From Haliotis cracherodii (Eukaryota), in assembly GCF_022045235.1 (NCBI RefSeq), contig NW_027266275.1:69006001-69070000 (forward strand): DNA of 64,000 bases, given 5' to 3'. Shown one piece after another: positions 37,221-50,160 of this stretch. A model generated the notes under the pieces. It made no database searches. It had not been told where the DNA came from and worked only from the letters and a program-made list of their open reading frames with translations. Within the stretch, counting starts at the first letter, position 1. Each line of letters starts with the position of its first letter. Made by a program: the position numbers and the translations under genes.

Positions 37221-37466
37221 TGTGTTTTCATGGACGCTGTAGCGTATTTTCTGTCTCGTTTCAGATACGTCCATGGAAACTGGACACGATTGTTGATCAC
37301 GGACATTTTAGCGATGACTACACGAACAGTGCCCAGTGCTATTTTGTAGATTTTACTACGAACTTTATGTACAGTGCCCTGTTGCGATAACTTCCACGGC
37401 ACTTCTTCTATGTTATGTTACACCAAGGGTCATACAAACTATTTCTGGAGTGTTCGTAACATCAAC

Positions 37467-37737
37467 GACCCGTGAAGATTCCGGGGAAGAACAGGTCTTC
37501 AGCAACCCATGCTTGCCGTAAAAGGCGACTATGCTTGTCGCTAAAGGCGAACTAACGGGATCGGGTGGTCATGCTCGCTGACTTGGTTGATAAATGTCAT
37601 CGATCCCAATTGCGTGGATCGATGCTCATGATATTAATCACTGGATTGTCTGGTCCAGACTCGATTATTTACAGACCGCTGTCATATAGCTGGAATATTG
37701 GTGAGTGCGGCGTTAAACAACACACAAACAAACCAAA
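37467..37737 (+). mobile_element. Family C element, full length with TSD
   Basis: TSD TCGTAACATCAAC on both sides fixes the 5' end at GACCCGTG; tail GCGGCGTTAAACAACACACAAAC. Confidence 0.92.
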
Positions 37738-38789
37738 ATCGTAACATCAACACAGAAGTGAAGAACCGCGCACAGCTCGATGTCGTCACGTAGGCAGACC
37801 ACATTCAATGTAGATTTACTAATGATCAGCGACTTAAGGTAAATCATCTTATCAACGGATAATTTAGTGGATTTCTGCCACTGGCTTGTTCAGGCATAAA
37901 TGTATTTTCAAATCACGCAACTTAGCAATCCCTATGCATTGCACGAAGAGCCTTGCGGCACAGCGTAATAACAAACGATTATATCGCGTGAGACGTGGGG
38001 AGAATTTTGAACACAGGTCACGATATGTACTTATTGATTAGATAAACGACTCGTTTTGGGAGTTCGGCCTTGTTTAATGTTGCCCCTAACCCTTAGACAG
38101 TTCATTAGAGAAATATGGACGTAACTTTCACAATAAAGGCTTACTGGTTCACAGTTTGTCCGTACTGTTGACAATGGCAATTTGTTGTTAATAGCTCCAT
38201 TGCACCGAAAAACGTCTAGTTTCTGGTAAACTCTATAGGCGGCTGGGGTAAGACACTGACCGCACTCGGTATCCGTGGGAGAGGCGGTATGATATTGTTC
38301 ACCTCCTATGGAATGAGGCGTTGAAGACACTCGCTGCACTCTGTGTCTGAGAAATGGCGGCTTATTATCTCGGATATAATAATAGGAAATTGCTCATCCG
38401 TTATATGGTATTCATGTGTGAATCATGTTCTGTTTGTATATGCTAGAAAAGCGAAATAATGATAGTGTATCCCTCGGTTTTCTAGAAATGATTTATCAGC
38501 GGGAGGTATTGATGTGTTTTCTTGGTGTTTATTCTCTTTAATTTAATGTCGGAATCTTTTTGAATTTGGATATTGTTCCGATTTCGCATAAAGGCTCGGA
38601 CATTTATTCCTATGTTCAGTTAATTGTGTCGAGTTTCATCAAAGGTTATTCAAGCTGTTGTCCTAATGTCACGACACGGAGACTGACGGGAAAAGGCGAG
38701 ACCGTCTTGTTTTCCATTCGTAACCATTCGCTCCTTTCCGTCACCTGCGGAAGTGGTAACGAATTACAGGACAGGGCAAAACTGGATGG

Positions 38790-39071
38790 CGAGGTGAGGT
38801 GAAATGGGGTTTAACATCGCGTCCAAGATTATTGCACATATATAGCAACGTGCATGTACGTGTGTGTGTGTGTGTGGCTGCCTGTACTAGTCCGGGATGG
38901 TGCCGATTTATAGTGCTAGCTGACTGAGATACCACGCCGCAGTTTAACATGAATACGCCACTCAGACACAGTATACTGACTCTTGAGTCTATGGGTATAA
39001 CGCGGCCAGGGATCGAACCTCGGACCTTCCGCTGTCCGGGCGAACGCTCTACCACTACCACGGAGGCGGTC
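38790..39071 (-). mobile_element. SINE family D, internally deleted
   Basis: rc head GACCGCCTCCGTGG and tail present; part of the core missing. Confidence 0.85.
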
Positions 39072-39139
39072 GAAATTAAGATGGCCCGATACTGAACGTA
39101 TATACGTATACGTGTGTACTTGGGTGGTGATCATGTCTA

Positions 39140-40292
39140 GCACGTGTGTTCGTAGTTAGCATTTATACCGCAAGTCTGTTGGTTATGAGCTTATATACCG
39201 CTTGTGTGTAGGCAGTTAGCATATATACTGCTCGTGTGTGGGTAGTTAGCATATATACCGCTCTTGTGTTGGTAGTTAGCATATATATCGCTTGTGTGTA
39301 GGCAGTTAGCATATATACTGCTCGTGTGTGGGTAGTTAGCATATATACCGCTCTTGTGTTGGTAGTTAGCATATATACCGCTCTTGTGTTGGTAGTTAGC
39401 ATTTATACCGCAAGTCTGTTGGTTATGAGCTTATATACCGCTTGTGTGTAGGCAGTTAGCATATATACTGCTCGTGTGTGGGTAGTGAGCATATATACCG
39501 CTCTTGTGTTGGTAGTGAGCATATATACCGCTCGTGTGTTGGTAGTTAGCATATACACCGCTCTTGTGTTGGTAGTGAGCATATATACCGCTCGTGTGTT
39601 GGTAGTTAGCATATATACCGCTCTTGTGTTGGTAGTTAGCATATATACTGCTCGTGTGTTGGTAGTTAGCATATATACTGCTCGTGTGTGGGTAGTTAGC
39701 ATATATACCGCTCTTGTGTTGGTAGTTAGCATATATACCGCTTGTGTGTAGGCAGTTAGCATATATACTGCTCGTGTGTAGGCAGTTAGCATATATACCG
39801 CTCTTGTGTTGGTAGTTAGCATATATACCGCTCTTGTGTTGGTAGTTAGCATATATACTGCTCGTGTGTGGGTAGTGAGCATATATACTGCTTGTGTGTT
39901 GGTAGTAAGCATATATACTGCTCGTGTGTTGGTAGTTAGCATATATACCGCTTGTGTGTAGGCAGTTAGCATATATACTGCTCGTGTGTGGGTAGTTAGC
40001 ATATATACCGCTCTTGTGTTGGTAGTTAGCATATATACTGCTCGTGTGTTGGTAGTTAGCATATATACCGCTCTTGTGTTGGTAGTTAGCATATATACTG
40101 CTCTTGTGTTGGTCGTTAGCATATATACCGCTCTTGTGTTGGTGGTTATCATATATACCGCTCTTGTGTTGGTAGTTAGCATATATGCTGCTCTTGTGTT
40201 GGTAGTTAGCATATATACCGCTCTTGTGTTGGTAGTTAGCATATATACCGCTCTTATGTTGGTAATGAACATGGTTGCCGCTTGTGTGTTTA
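39140..40292. repeat. Satellite 3: 30-bp tandem array
   Basis: Unit GGTAGTTAGCATATATACCGCTCTTGTGTT; a rare variant at 39161 recurs at 39401 (240 bp, 8 units). Confidence 0.97.
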
Positions 40293-40776
40293 CAGATCGC
40301 TTATATCATAATAAATATGGATCTCTCGTGTGTTTGTAGTGTATTTGCTAGTCAGCAGATATAATACTTGTGTCCAAGCAGTATATATAAAGTTTATAAA
40401 AGCCATGGAGAGAATTCAATAGATTACAGCCTGAACGAGGATGTCAGTGTCAGGATGAACTTCGGAGGCTATGTAACCATTAAATAGTTCTTCACTTATT
40501 CCAAATACAGTTGTAAACGCCAGCGAGACACGCAATCGCTAACTTAGACCCTTCGATAAGCATGCTCCTCTACTAAAACCAGTTGAGACAGTGCACAGCA
40601 GTTTTAATGTCACCATAAAGATTCTCCCAGGAAATGTCGACAACTCGAGAGCAGTTTCATAACGTTTGAGACACCAATTAAAGTATTTTAGTTATCTAAA
40701 TACGTCATCCGGCCCACACATATGTAAACGTTACCACACAATATCATACATTTCTCACACAATATCATACATGCAT

Positions 40777-40942
40777 CCGGGCCTTCGGGTAGCCTAGTGG
40801 TTGAAGCGTTCGCTCGTCACGCCGAAGACCCGGCTTCGATTCCCGGCATGGATACAATGTGTGAAGCCCATTTCTGGTGTCCCCTGCCGTGATATTGCTG
40901 GAATATTGCTAAAAGCGGCGTAAAACAATACTCACTCACTCA
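40777..40942 (+). mobile_element. SINE family A, full length
   Basis: TSD TCATACATGCAT at 40765-40776 and 40943-40954. Confidence 0.9.
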
Positions 40943-41593
40943 TCATACATGCATGTACAAAACCGCCATACTGTCAATGGCACTAACTGGTGGAACAATC
41001 CATTCAAAAGCCGGGGGTAATAAAACCGCACATTCCACGTGCACGTGTAATTCACGCCGGCAGAGTAGACTGCTCTGTGCACGGACTTGCACCGGTAATA
41101 AGTTGCATGAATGTTTTCTTAAGCCTGCAGATGGATGATGCTCTTGAAAGAAGAAGAAAAAATATACCTTCCATCAGGATGCAGGTTTTGTGCAGAATGA
41201 TTTCCCAGCACCGAGTGCGGAAGTGCTGAAATTTGCACGTGCGTGATGTGCATTAAGCACGTGCACACTTTGATGACAGTATGTATGAGTATATCGGGAG
41301 GGGGGATTAAGTATATCGGGAGGGGGGGTAGCTGGTTTAACATCCCCAGGCCGACATCTTGTGTTCGTAATATCATCTATAACGTATAGCGGTCCGATAA
41401 TGTCCTTTTAGGGAGCTTAAACATAAATATTTAAAAAAATATATTATTTAATGACAATGCGACTTTTTGGATGAGATATGTCCAACTCTCAGGTGAAAAG
41501 AAATATGCAATGGCAAACGTCTGTGATAAATCTGATGCCACAAAATGTCCACAGTTTGTTGGGATTGCCAGTCGCCTGAGTCGTATCCCTTTA

Positions 41594-41931
41594 GACCGCC
41601 TCCGTGGTCTAGTGGTAAAGCGTCTGCCCGGAGAGCGAAAGGTCCGGGGTTCGATCCCCGGCCGCGTCATACCAAAAGACGTTAAAAGATGGTACTTGTT
41701 GTTACCCTGTCTGGCGCTCGGCATTAAGGGGCTAACAAGGACTGGTCGGCTCAGAGTCAGTATACTGGGGTATTCATGTTAAACTGCGGCATGGTATCTC
41801 AGTGAGTTAGCACTTTAAATCGGCACCAGTCCGGACTAGTACAAGTAGCCACACACACACACACACGTGCATGCACGTCGCTATATATGTGCAATAATTT
41901 TGGACGCGATATTAAACCCCATTTCACCTCA
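41594..41931 (+). mobile_element. SINE family D, full length (tRNA head, Meta-domain-like core)
   Basis: A-box TGGTCTAGTGG, B-box GGTTCGATCCC; core GTCATACCAAAAGACGTTAAAAGATGGTACTTGTTG...GCTCGGCATTAAGGG resembles the MetaSINE domain (from memory); TSD CGTATCC(C/T)TTTA. Confidence 0.88.
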
Positions 41932-42174
41932 ACGTATCCTTTTAAATGGCGACATTAACAACAAGCAATTAAAGGGATCATTCGCCACGACCTGTTGCCC
42001 GTTATTTCATAAAGAAGTTATAATTAGTGACCAAAGGACGCTAAAATATGGTACTTTTTGTTTTCCTGCATGCGTGCCGTTATAGAAATGCATAATCTTG
42101 AAAGAGACGTTAAACCTCATTCCACCTTCCCTGTATAGAGTGACCTGTGTAAAACTGCATGCGTGCAGTTCGGA

Positions 42175-42518
42175 CACCCGCCATGGTGTAGTGGATACAG
42201 TCGGCATGCAGAGTGGTCCGTGGTTTGATCCCCGGCTGCGTCAAACTAAAAGACGTTAAAAGATGGTACTTGTTGTTTCCCCGCCTGGCAATCGGCGTTA
42301 AGGTGATCAAATAAGTACTGCTCGGCTCGGACTACACTGTTCTGTGTATTAAACTGCGGTATGGTATGTCAGTGAGCTATTAATAATCATACCGACGTAA
42401 GTCCGGCATTGGTACCATCCTTCAACGTCTTTTGGTATGACGCTGTCAGGGGATCGAACCGCCGACCTTCCGCTCTCCGGGCAGATGCTCTATCCGTACG
42501 CCAACACGAGGGCGGTCT
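42175..42518. mobile_element. Two family D fragments in inverted orientation
   Basis: + strand head and core at ~42175-42380; - strand head at ~42410-42518. Confidence 0.7.
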
Positions 42519-42674
42519 GGTGCTTACTCACTTCCAATCAGAATTGAGAAAGCCATAAATATTGAAATAGACAAATAGTTAATACATGCTGACATGACAT
42601 ACATACAATGAACGAGTGTCGGTAACTGCTAAGGATGCCATTGTAAACAATCCAACATAGTTCCATGACGTCAA

Positions 42675-44040
42675 ATAATCAGACATGTTGTAGTTGACGG
42701 CGTCACCAGATATTAAGACATTTCGTAGATGACGGCGTCGCCAGATATTCAGACGCGTTGTAGTTGACGGCGTCGGCAGACAATTAATTAGACATGTCGT
42801 AGTTGACGGCATCGCCATATAATCAGATATAACGTAGTTTTAGGCGTCGCAGATAATCAAACACGTTGTAGTTGACGGCGTCGCAAGATAATCAAACACA
42901 TTGTAGATGACGACGTCGCCAGATATTCAGACATGTAGTTGACGGCGTCGCCAGACAATCAGACATGTTGTAGTTGACGGCGTCGCAAGATAATCAAACA
43001 TATTGTAGGTGACGACGTCGCCAGATATTCAGACTTGTAGTTGACGGCGTCGCCAGATATTCAGACATATCGAAGTTGACGGCGTCGGCTGACAATTAGC
43101 TATGTCTAAGTTGACGGCGTCAGCAGATAATTAGATAACGGCGTCGCCAGATGATTACACATGACACATGATTACACAGATAGCGTTCCCAAACAATCAG
43201 GCATGTAGTAGTTGACGGCGTCGCCAGAGATTCAGACATGTAGTTGACGGCGTCGCCAGATAATCAGACATCTCGTAATTAACGGCATCGCCAGACAATC
43301 AGACATGTTGTAGTTAACGGCATCGCCAGATAATCATACATGTCTTGGTTGACGGCATCGTCAGACAATCAGATATAATGATATTGACGGCGTCGCCAGA
43401 GAATCAGACGTGACGTAGTTGACGGCGTCGCCAGAAAATCAGACGTGTCTTAGTTGACGGCGTCGGCAGACAATTTAGACAGGTCGAATTTGACGGCGTC
43501 ACCAGACAATTTTGACATGTCGTGGTGGGCGGAGTCGCCAGATATCCAGACATGTTGGATTTAACAGCGTCGGCAGACAATCTGAGATATCGTAGATGAC
43601 GGCGTTCTAAAAAATCCGACATGTCGTAGTTGAAGGCGTCGTCAGAACATCAGGCATGTCGTAGTTCACAGCGTCGTAAGACAATTAAAAAATGTCGTAG
43701 TTGATGACTTCGTTAGAAAATCAGGCATGTCGTAGCAGACAGCGTTCCCAAATAATCAGGCATGTTGTAGCTGAGGACGTTGCCAGAGAATCAGACATGT
43801 CGTAATTGAGGGCGTCCCCAAATAATCAGACGTGTCGTAGTTGACGGCGTTGCCAGGGAATCAGACATGTCGTTTTTGACGGCGTCGCTAGACAATCCGA
43901 CATATTGTAGTTGACGCGGTCGCCAGAGAAACAGACATGTTGTTTTTGACGGCGTCGCTAGACAATCCAACACGTTGTAATTGACGCGGTCGCCAGAGAA
44001 TCAGACATGTCGTAGTTGACGGTGTACGCAGACTATAAGA
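42675..44040. repeat. Satellite 4, degenerate ~35-bp monomer region
   Basis: Unit approximately ATCAGACATGTCGTAGTTGACGGCGTCGCCAGACA; further relics at 46650-47110 and 48215-48340. Confidence 0.9.
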
Positions 44041-46520
44041 CGTTGCCGGACAATTTGACATGATGTAGTTGACAACATCTCAAGACCATCAGACGTGTCG
44101 TAGTTGACGGCGTCGCCGGACAATCAAACATGTCAAAGGTGAAGCATCTCAGGACCATCAGACGTGTCGTAGTTGACGGCTACGCCGGACAATCAAACAT
44201 GTCGAAGGTGAAGCATCTCAAGACCATCAGACGTGTCGTAGTTGACGGCGTCGCCGGACAATTAGACATGATGCAGTTGACAGCATCTCAAGATCATCAG
44301 ACGTGTCGTAGTTGACGACGTTGCCGGACAATCAAACATGTCGAAGGTGAAGCATCTCAAGATCACCAGACGTGTCGTAGTTGACGGCGTCGCCGGACAA
44401 TCAAACATGTCGAAGGTGAAGCATCTCAAGACCATCATACGTGTCGTAGTTGACGGCGTCGCCGGACAATCAAATATGTCGAAAGTGAAGAATCTCAAGA
44501 CCATCAGACATGTCGTAGTTGACGGCGTCGCCGGACATTCAAACATGTCGAAGGTGAAGCATCTCAAGACCATCAGACGTGTCATAGTTGATGGCGTCGC
44601 CGGACAATCAAACATGTCGAAGGTGAAGCATCTCAAGACCATCAGACGTGTCGTAGTTGACGGCGTCGCCGGACAGTTAGACATGATGCAGTTGACAACA
44701 TCTCAAGACCATCAGACGTGTCGTAGTTGACGACGTCGCCGGACAATCAAACATGTCGAAGGTGAAGCATCTCAAGACCATCAGACGTGTCGTAGTTGAC
44801 GGCGTCGCCGGACAATCAAATATGTCGAAAGTGAAGAATCTCAAGACCATCAGACATGTCGTAGTTGACGGCGTCGCCGGACATTCAAACATGTCGAAGG
44901 TGAAGCATCTCAAGACCATCAGACGTGTCATAGTTGATGGCGTCGCCGGACAATCAAACATGTCGAAGGTGAAGCATCTCAAGACCATCAGACGTGTCGT
45001 AGTTGACGGCGTCGCCGGACAGTTAGACATGATGCAGTTGACAACATCTCAAGACCATCAGACGTGTCGTAGTTGACGACGTCGCCGGACAATCAAACAT
45101 GTCGAAGGTGAAGCATCTCAAGACCATCAGACGTGTCGTAGTTGACGACGTCGCCGGACAATCAAACATGTCGAAAGTGAAGCATCTCAAGACCATCAGA
45201 CGTGTCATAGTTGACGGCGTCGCCGGACAATCAAACATGTCGAAGGTGAAGCATCTCAAGACCATCATACGTGTCGTAGTTGACGGCGTCGCCGGACAAT
45301 CAAATATGTCGAAAGTGAAGAATCTCAAGACCATCAGACATGTCGTAGTTGACGGCGTCGCCGGACATTCAAACATGTCGAAGGTGAAGCATCTCAAGAC
45401 CATCAGACGTGTCATAGTTGATGGCGTCGCCGGACAATCAAACATGTCGAAGGTGAAGCATCTCAAGACCATCAGACGTGTCGTAGTTGACGGCGTCGCC
45501 GGACAGTTAGACATGATGCAGTTGACAACATCTCAAGACCATCAGACGTGTCGTAGTTGACGACGTCGCCGGACAATCAAACATGTCGAAGGTGAAGCAT
45601 CTCAAGACCATCAGACGTGTCGTAGTTGACGACGTCGCCGGACAATCAAACATGTCGAAAGTGAAGCATCTCAAGACCATCAGACGTGTCATAGTTGACG
45701 GCGTCGCCGGACAATCAAACATGTCGAAGGTGAAGCATCTCAAGACCATCAGACGTGTCGTAGTTGACGGCGTCGCCGGACAATTAGACATGATGCAGTT
45801 GACAACATCTCAAGACCATCAGACGTGTCGTAGTTGACGTCGTCGCCGGACAATCAAACATGTCGAAGGTGAAGCATCTCAAGACCAGCAGACGTGTTGT
45901 AGTTGACGGCGTCGCCGGACAATCAAACATGTCGAAGGTGAAGCATCTCAAGACCATCAGACGTGTCATAGTTGACGACGTCGCCGGACAATTAGACATG
46001 ATGCAGTTGACAACATCTCAAGACCATCAGACGTGTCGTAGTTGACGACGTCGCCGGACAATCAAACATGTCGAAGGTGAAGCATCTCAAGACCATCAGA
46101 CGTGTCGTAGTTGACGACGTCGCCGGACATTCAAACATGTCGAAGGTGAAGCATCTCAAGACCATCAGACGTGTCGTAGTTGACGACGTCGCCGGACAAT
46201 CAAACATGTCGAAAGTGAAGCATCTCAAGACCATCATACGTGTCGTAGTTGACGGCGTCGCCGGACAATCAAACATGTCGAAGGTGAAGCATCTCAAGAC
46301 CATCAGACGTGTCGTAGTTGACGACGTCGCCGGACAATCAAACATGTCGAAGGTGAAGCATCTCAAGACCATCAGACGTGTCGTAGTTGACGACGTCGCC
46401 GGACAATCAAACATGTCGAAGGTGAAGCATCTCAAGACCATCAGACGTGTCGTAGTTGACGGCGTTGCCCGACAATTAGACATGATGTAGTTGACAGCAT
46501 CTGAAGACCATCAGGCGCGT
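44041..46520. repeat. Satellite 4, homogenised 69/70-bp dimeric higher-order array
   Basis: 69-bp unit made of related 35-bp and 34-bp monomers, with a periodic 70-bp variant. Confidence 0.97.
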
Positions 46521-47182
46521 CGCAATTGACGATGTCCTTAGACAATGAGATATAATGAATAGATTGTGACATGACTCATAAATGGTAGCTTCATTAATTT
46601 CCTGAGCTTTCAGAAAATAGATAGATCGTCCTTGACCGCGTCACCCGGCAATCAGACATGTCGTAGTTGACGCCAGATACTCAGGCATTTTGTTGTAGGC
46701 GGCAGTCCCAAACAGTACGATTTGTCGTAGTTGACGGTGTCCCCAAACAAAGCAGACATGTAACTGACGTTATCCTTAGACAATCAATTAGATATAACGA
46801 AGAAGATGCCTGCTTGAGAGCATGGCCTGTCTCAAGACAATCAGACATGTCGTAGTTGACAGAATTTCCAATGGCATACATTTAAGCATGTACAAGTTAG
46901 CTGTGTCGCCAGAAAACAGTCATGTTAGAGTTGGCGGAGTTCCCATGCAATCAGTCAAAACGTAGTTAATTGAATATTCAGACAATAACACATGTCGTAG
47001 TTAGCGCCGTCGCCAGAAAATCAAACTTGTCGTAGTTGACGGTGTCGGCAGATATTCAGACATTGAATTATTAGTTGACTGCGTTGTCAAATAATCAGAT
47101 AGGTCGTAGTTGTTGTTTTGTTTTTAAATATTTTATTTATTCATTTTTATTTTAGTTTACTGAGTCCCCCAGGCAATACATA

Positions 47183-48203
47183 CTCTGCAAAAAAAGAAAC
47201 CCCAAAGTAGTAAAATCGTAAATATCTGACAGAGTGTTGCCGATATCCATATAAACATAATACCAAAAAAGAATTCGTCATTTCTGCATGGGTCCTTACC
47301 AGATCCGGTCGACCACGTATGACTACAAGAGCACAGGACAGATTAATGCGATTACGTCACTTACTTGAAAGAACGACCAAAGCCACCTCTACAACTACAG
47401 CAATACCAGGATCACGGTGAATATCCGGCCAAACAGTAAGGAACCGTTTACCACTGAAGGTATTGGCGCTAGACGACCAGTTCTAGGTGTCATTTGGACG
47501 GACCTGCGTCGTCGGCTGCAACGTCAGTAGTGTCAAGGTCACAGAGTATGGCCACAACTGCGATCGAGACAAGTTTGGTTAAGTGATGAGTCACGTTTTT
47601 TTATGCTTCGCTGTGCGGATGGTAGACGTCGTGTTGACAGGCGTCGCGGGGAACGTTATACACGAAACTGCATACAGGGAGTGGACAGATTTAGCGGTGG
47701 TAGTGTGATGTGGCCAGCCATTTCCTGCACTCTTAGAACAGACTACGGATGAGATTCTTCGGCCACACGTCCTTCCCATAATGCAACAAGTAAACGTCAT
47801 TTTCCAGCAAGACAACGCCCGACCTCAAACGGCACGACTGACAAAGGCCTTTTGAGGAATCACAACACACGGGTGTTGCCATGGCCCTACAACAACGAAC
47901 CCGTCAACAACAACCACAGAACCCCCGGCAGTACAAACACTGCAGGACGAGTGGGTGAACATTCCCAAGGTCACATTCGAGATCTAATTTCTTCCACTGG
48001 ACGACGATGCCAGTCAGTTTTGGACTCTAATGGTGGCCATACAAGATATTGAGAACAGATGACCTTCACCTTGAAAGTCTACTGTTCAATGTGTGACATT
48101 TAATCTGGGTCAATTTTGAACAATCGATTATCATCTGTTGATTATTTACGTGATATAAAAAATATACATCTAAAATCACTTTTGCGTTTCTTTTTTTGCA
48201 GTA
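47183..48203 (+). mobile_element. Decayed Tc1-family DNA transposon
   Basis: Imperfect TIRs TA|CTCTGCAAAAAAAGAAACCCCAAAGT and ACTTTTGCGTTTCTTTTTTTGCAGTA|TA enclosing transposase remnants. Confidence 0.88.
47300..48052 (+). pseudogene. Tc1 transposase pseudogene (frameshifted and deleted)
   Basis: Hand translation gives RSGRPRMTTRAQDRLMRLRHL, TVRNRL, SDESRF, GGSVM, FQQDNARP, VLPWP and GGHTRY-stop; the SPDLNPIE motif is missing. Confidence 0.9.
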
Positions 48204-48847
48204 TATATATTTTGTGGTTGACGGCGTCGCCAGACAGTCAGACATATCGTAGATGACGGCGTAGCCAGACAATCAGATATGTCGTGGTTGATGATGCCGA
48301 GACAATCAGACATGTAATGATTGCGACCCAGGAAATCAGATACATGGGATGTCTTCCTGTTCCGATATGCATTATAAATTGTGGCGTCATTGATTTCCAT
48401 GGAGAATCCTGGGCGATGCGTTTTAAGTGCATGGCTTGCTTCAATTACTCTTTAACCATTTGAATAATCCATTTGTGTCAATACTGGACATTGAAAAACG
48501 AAAACGCTCATGCTCCACAACTTCCAATTTGAGGATTTGACCCTTGACCTTCAGTGCCTCTGTGGTAACACTCGGATGCTACGGGGTCGGGTGAGACATG
48601 CCCTTTCATTAATCTCTTGATCAATAATCGTCGTCAGACATTTAGAGGGAAAATAATATTTTGTCACATGTATTTTATATACCCTGAATAAAGGGTATTG
48701 TAAAGCATTTAATGAGTTGTGTTTAATGGTATGTCGAATCCCGTGTCTGCTTTTGAGTTGTTTTTTCAATGAAACAAATATGTCACAAAATACAAAATGT
48801 GTCGGTTGAGATATAAAACACACACATTAATTGTTAATATGATAGCC

Positions 48848-49080
48848 GGGGGAAACGGGTGACCCAGACGACTAAGGCGCCGCAATTCGTTGTGCAGGGT
48901 TGCGTCCCTTGTTGGCAAGCCTGAAAATGGTTCACTCCGATTATATTTCTAGGGTTGTCAGCACCACACCGGTGCTCGTGGGTTTACGTCTCAGTCCTAC
49001 GCTCTTCGGTCTCTCCTCCCACACAAAGTTGACACTCCGAAATATATCTGAAATACTGTTAAAACCCACCCACCTCGCTC
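48848..49080 (+). mobile_element. Diverged SINE family B copy
   Basis: GGGGGAAACGGGTGACCCAGACGACTAAGGCGCCGC head and B body. Confidence 0.75.
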
Positions 49081-49550
49081 TCTAATAGTCACGAGAAATA
49101 GTGAAACTAGTGTATCCAGTTGCAATATTGTTTTCTCCGACTGGAATGAGATACCACTATATCTCCGTACACTAGACCCGTGGCCTGGCGAATTTGCGCA
49201 GGTTACACTGTTTAATGAGGGGGTATTTCTATCACAAATACAAACCTGTTTTAATCGAACTATATATGGCCAGCGGGCCACCTTCATACTGGATCACACT
49301 CCGTTTAGCTGAACACACCCAACAACCACCAAAGACATCGTTATTTCCTGAATTGGGTATGTACTTCTTGTCTGCTGATGGTTAGATATACATTCGCTTC
49401 ACACGAATGTCACAATGCTTTATAAAGCATTCAGGATGTGAGGAGAGCTCTCATTGGAGCTAATGCCGAACGCTAGGTTATTATCTCTGCAGCTGATTGG
49501 TTGGAGGTTATTCACCCCGGGGTAGGCTGAAACCCGTGCATGAAGTGGCG

Positions 49551-49901
49551 GTGAGGTGAAATGGGGCTTAACGTCACATCCAAGATTATTGCACTTATAT
49601 AGCGACGTACATGCACGTGTGTGTGTGGCTGCTTGTACTAGTCCGGACTGATGCCAATTTATAGTGCTAGCACACTGAGATACCACGTCGCAGTTTAATA
49701 CGAATACCCTACTCAGACACCTGACACCTGACTTACACTCCGAGTCGACAAGGTTCTGTTCTACCCCCTTAACGTCTAGCGCCAGACAGGGTAACAACAA
49801 GTACTATCTTTGAACGTATTTTGGTATGACGCGGCCGGGGATCGAACCCCGGACCTTCCGCTCTCCGGGCAGACGCTCTACCACTAGACCACGGAGGCGG
49901 C
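49551..49901 (-). mobile_element. SINE family D, full length
   Basis: rc co-linear with the copy at 41594; TSD-like CCCGTGC(A/T)TGAA. Confidence 0.88.
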
Positions 49902-49953
49902 CCCGTGCTTGAAAGCCACATTACCCAGGAACCATCGCATGGTTATGTTTCAG

Positions 49954-50160
49954 GACCCCCGTGAAGATCCGAGTTGGTCTCCAGCAACCCATGCTTGTTG
50001 TAAGAGGCGACTAACGGGTTTGGGTGGTCTTGGTTGATGATTGTATCCCATTCGATGCTCATGATGTCAATCACTGGAGTGTCTGCTCTAGGCTCGATTA
50101 TTTGCAGACCGCCGGCATATAGTTGGAATATTGCAGGTTTAAACAACAAATAAACAAACA
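49954..50160 (+). mobile_element. Family C element
   Basis: Head CCCGTGAAGATCCG...CAGCAACCCATGCTTGTTGTAAGAGGCGACTAACGGG; AAAC tail. Confidence 0.82.

Noticed and set aside
37467-37562. Canonical HDV-like ribozyme fold for the family C head
   Set aside because: CTAA and an L3-like TCTTCAG are present, but there is no P1 5' strand and no P2 adjacent to P3; kept only as an unassigned fold.
39163-40339. 289-aa MLTTNTRAVY-repeat ORF and overlapping ORFs
   Set aside because: They result from a 30-bp unit (multiple of 3) that is open on both strands; no unique coding flanks or splice support.
44130-46490. Series of MSKVKHLK / MSNCPATPS ORFs
   Set aside because: Translations of the 69-bp satellite, frameshifted at each 70-bp variant.
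44041-46520. CRISPR-like alternation of ~35-bp units
   Set aside because: The intervening units are near-identical to each other and homologous to the repeat; no unique spacers or cas genes; eukaryotic context.
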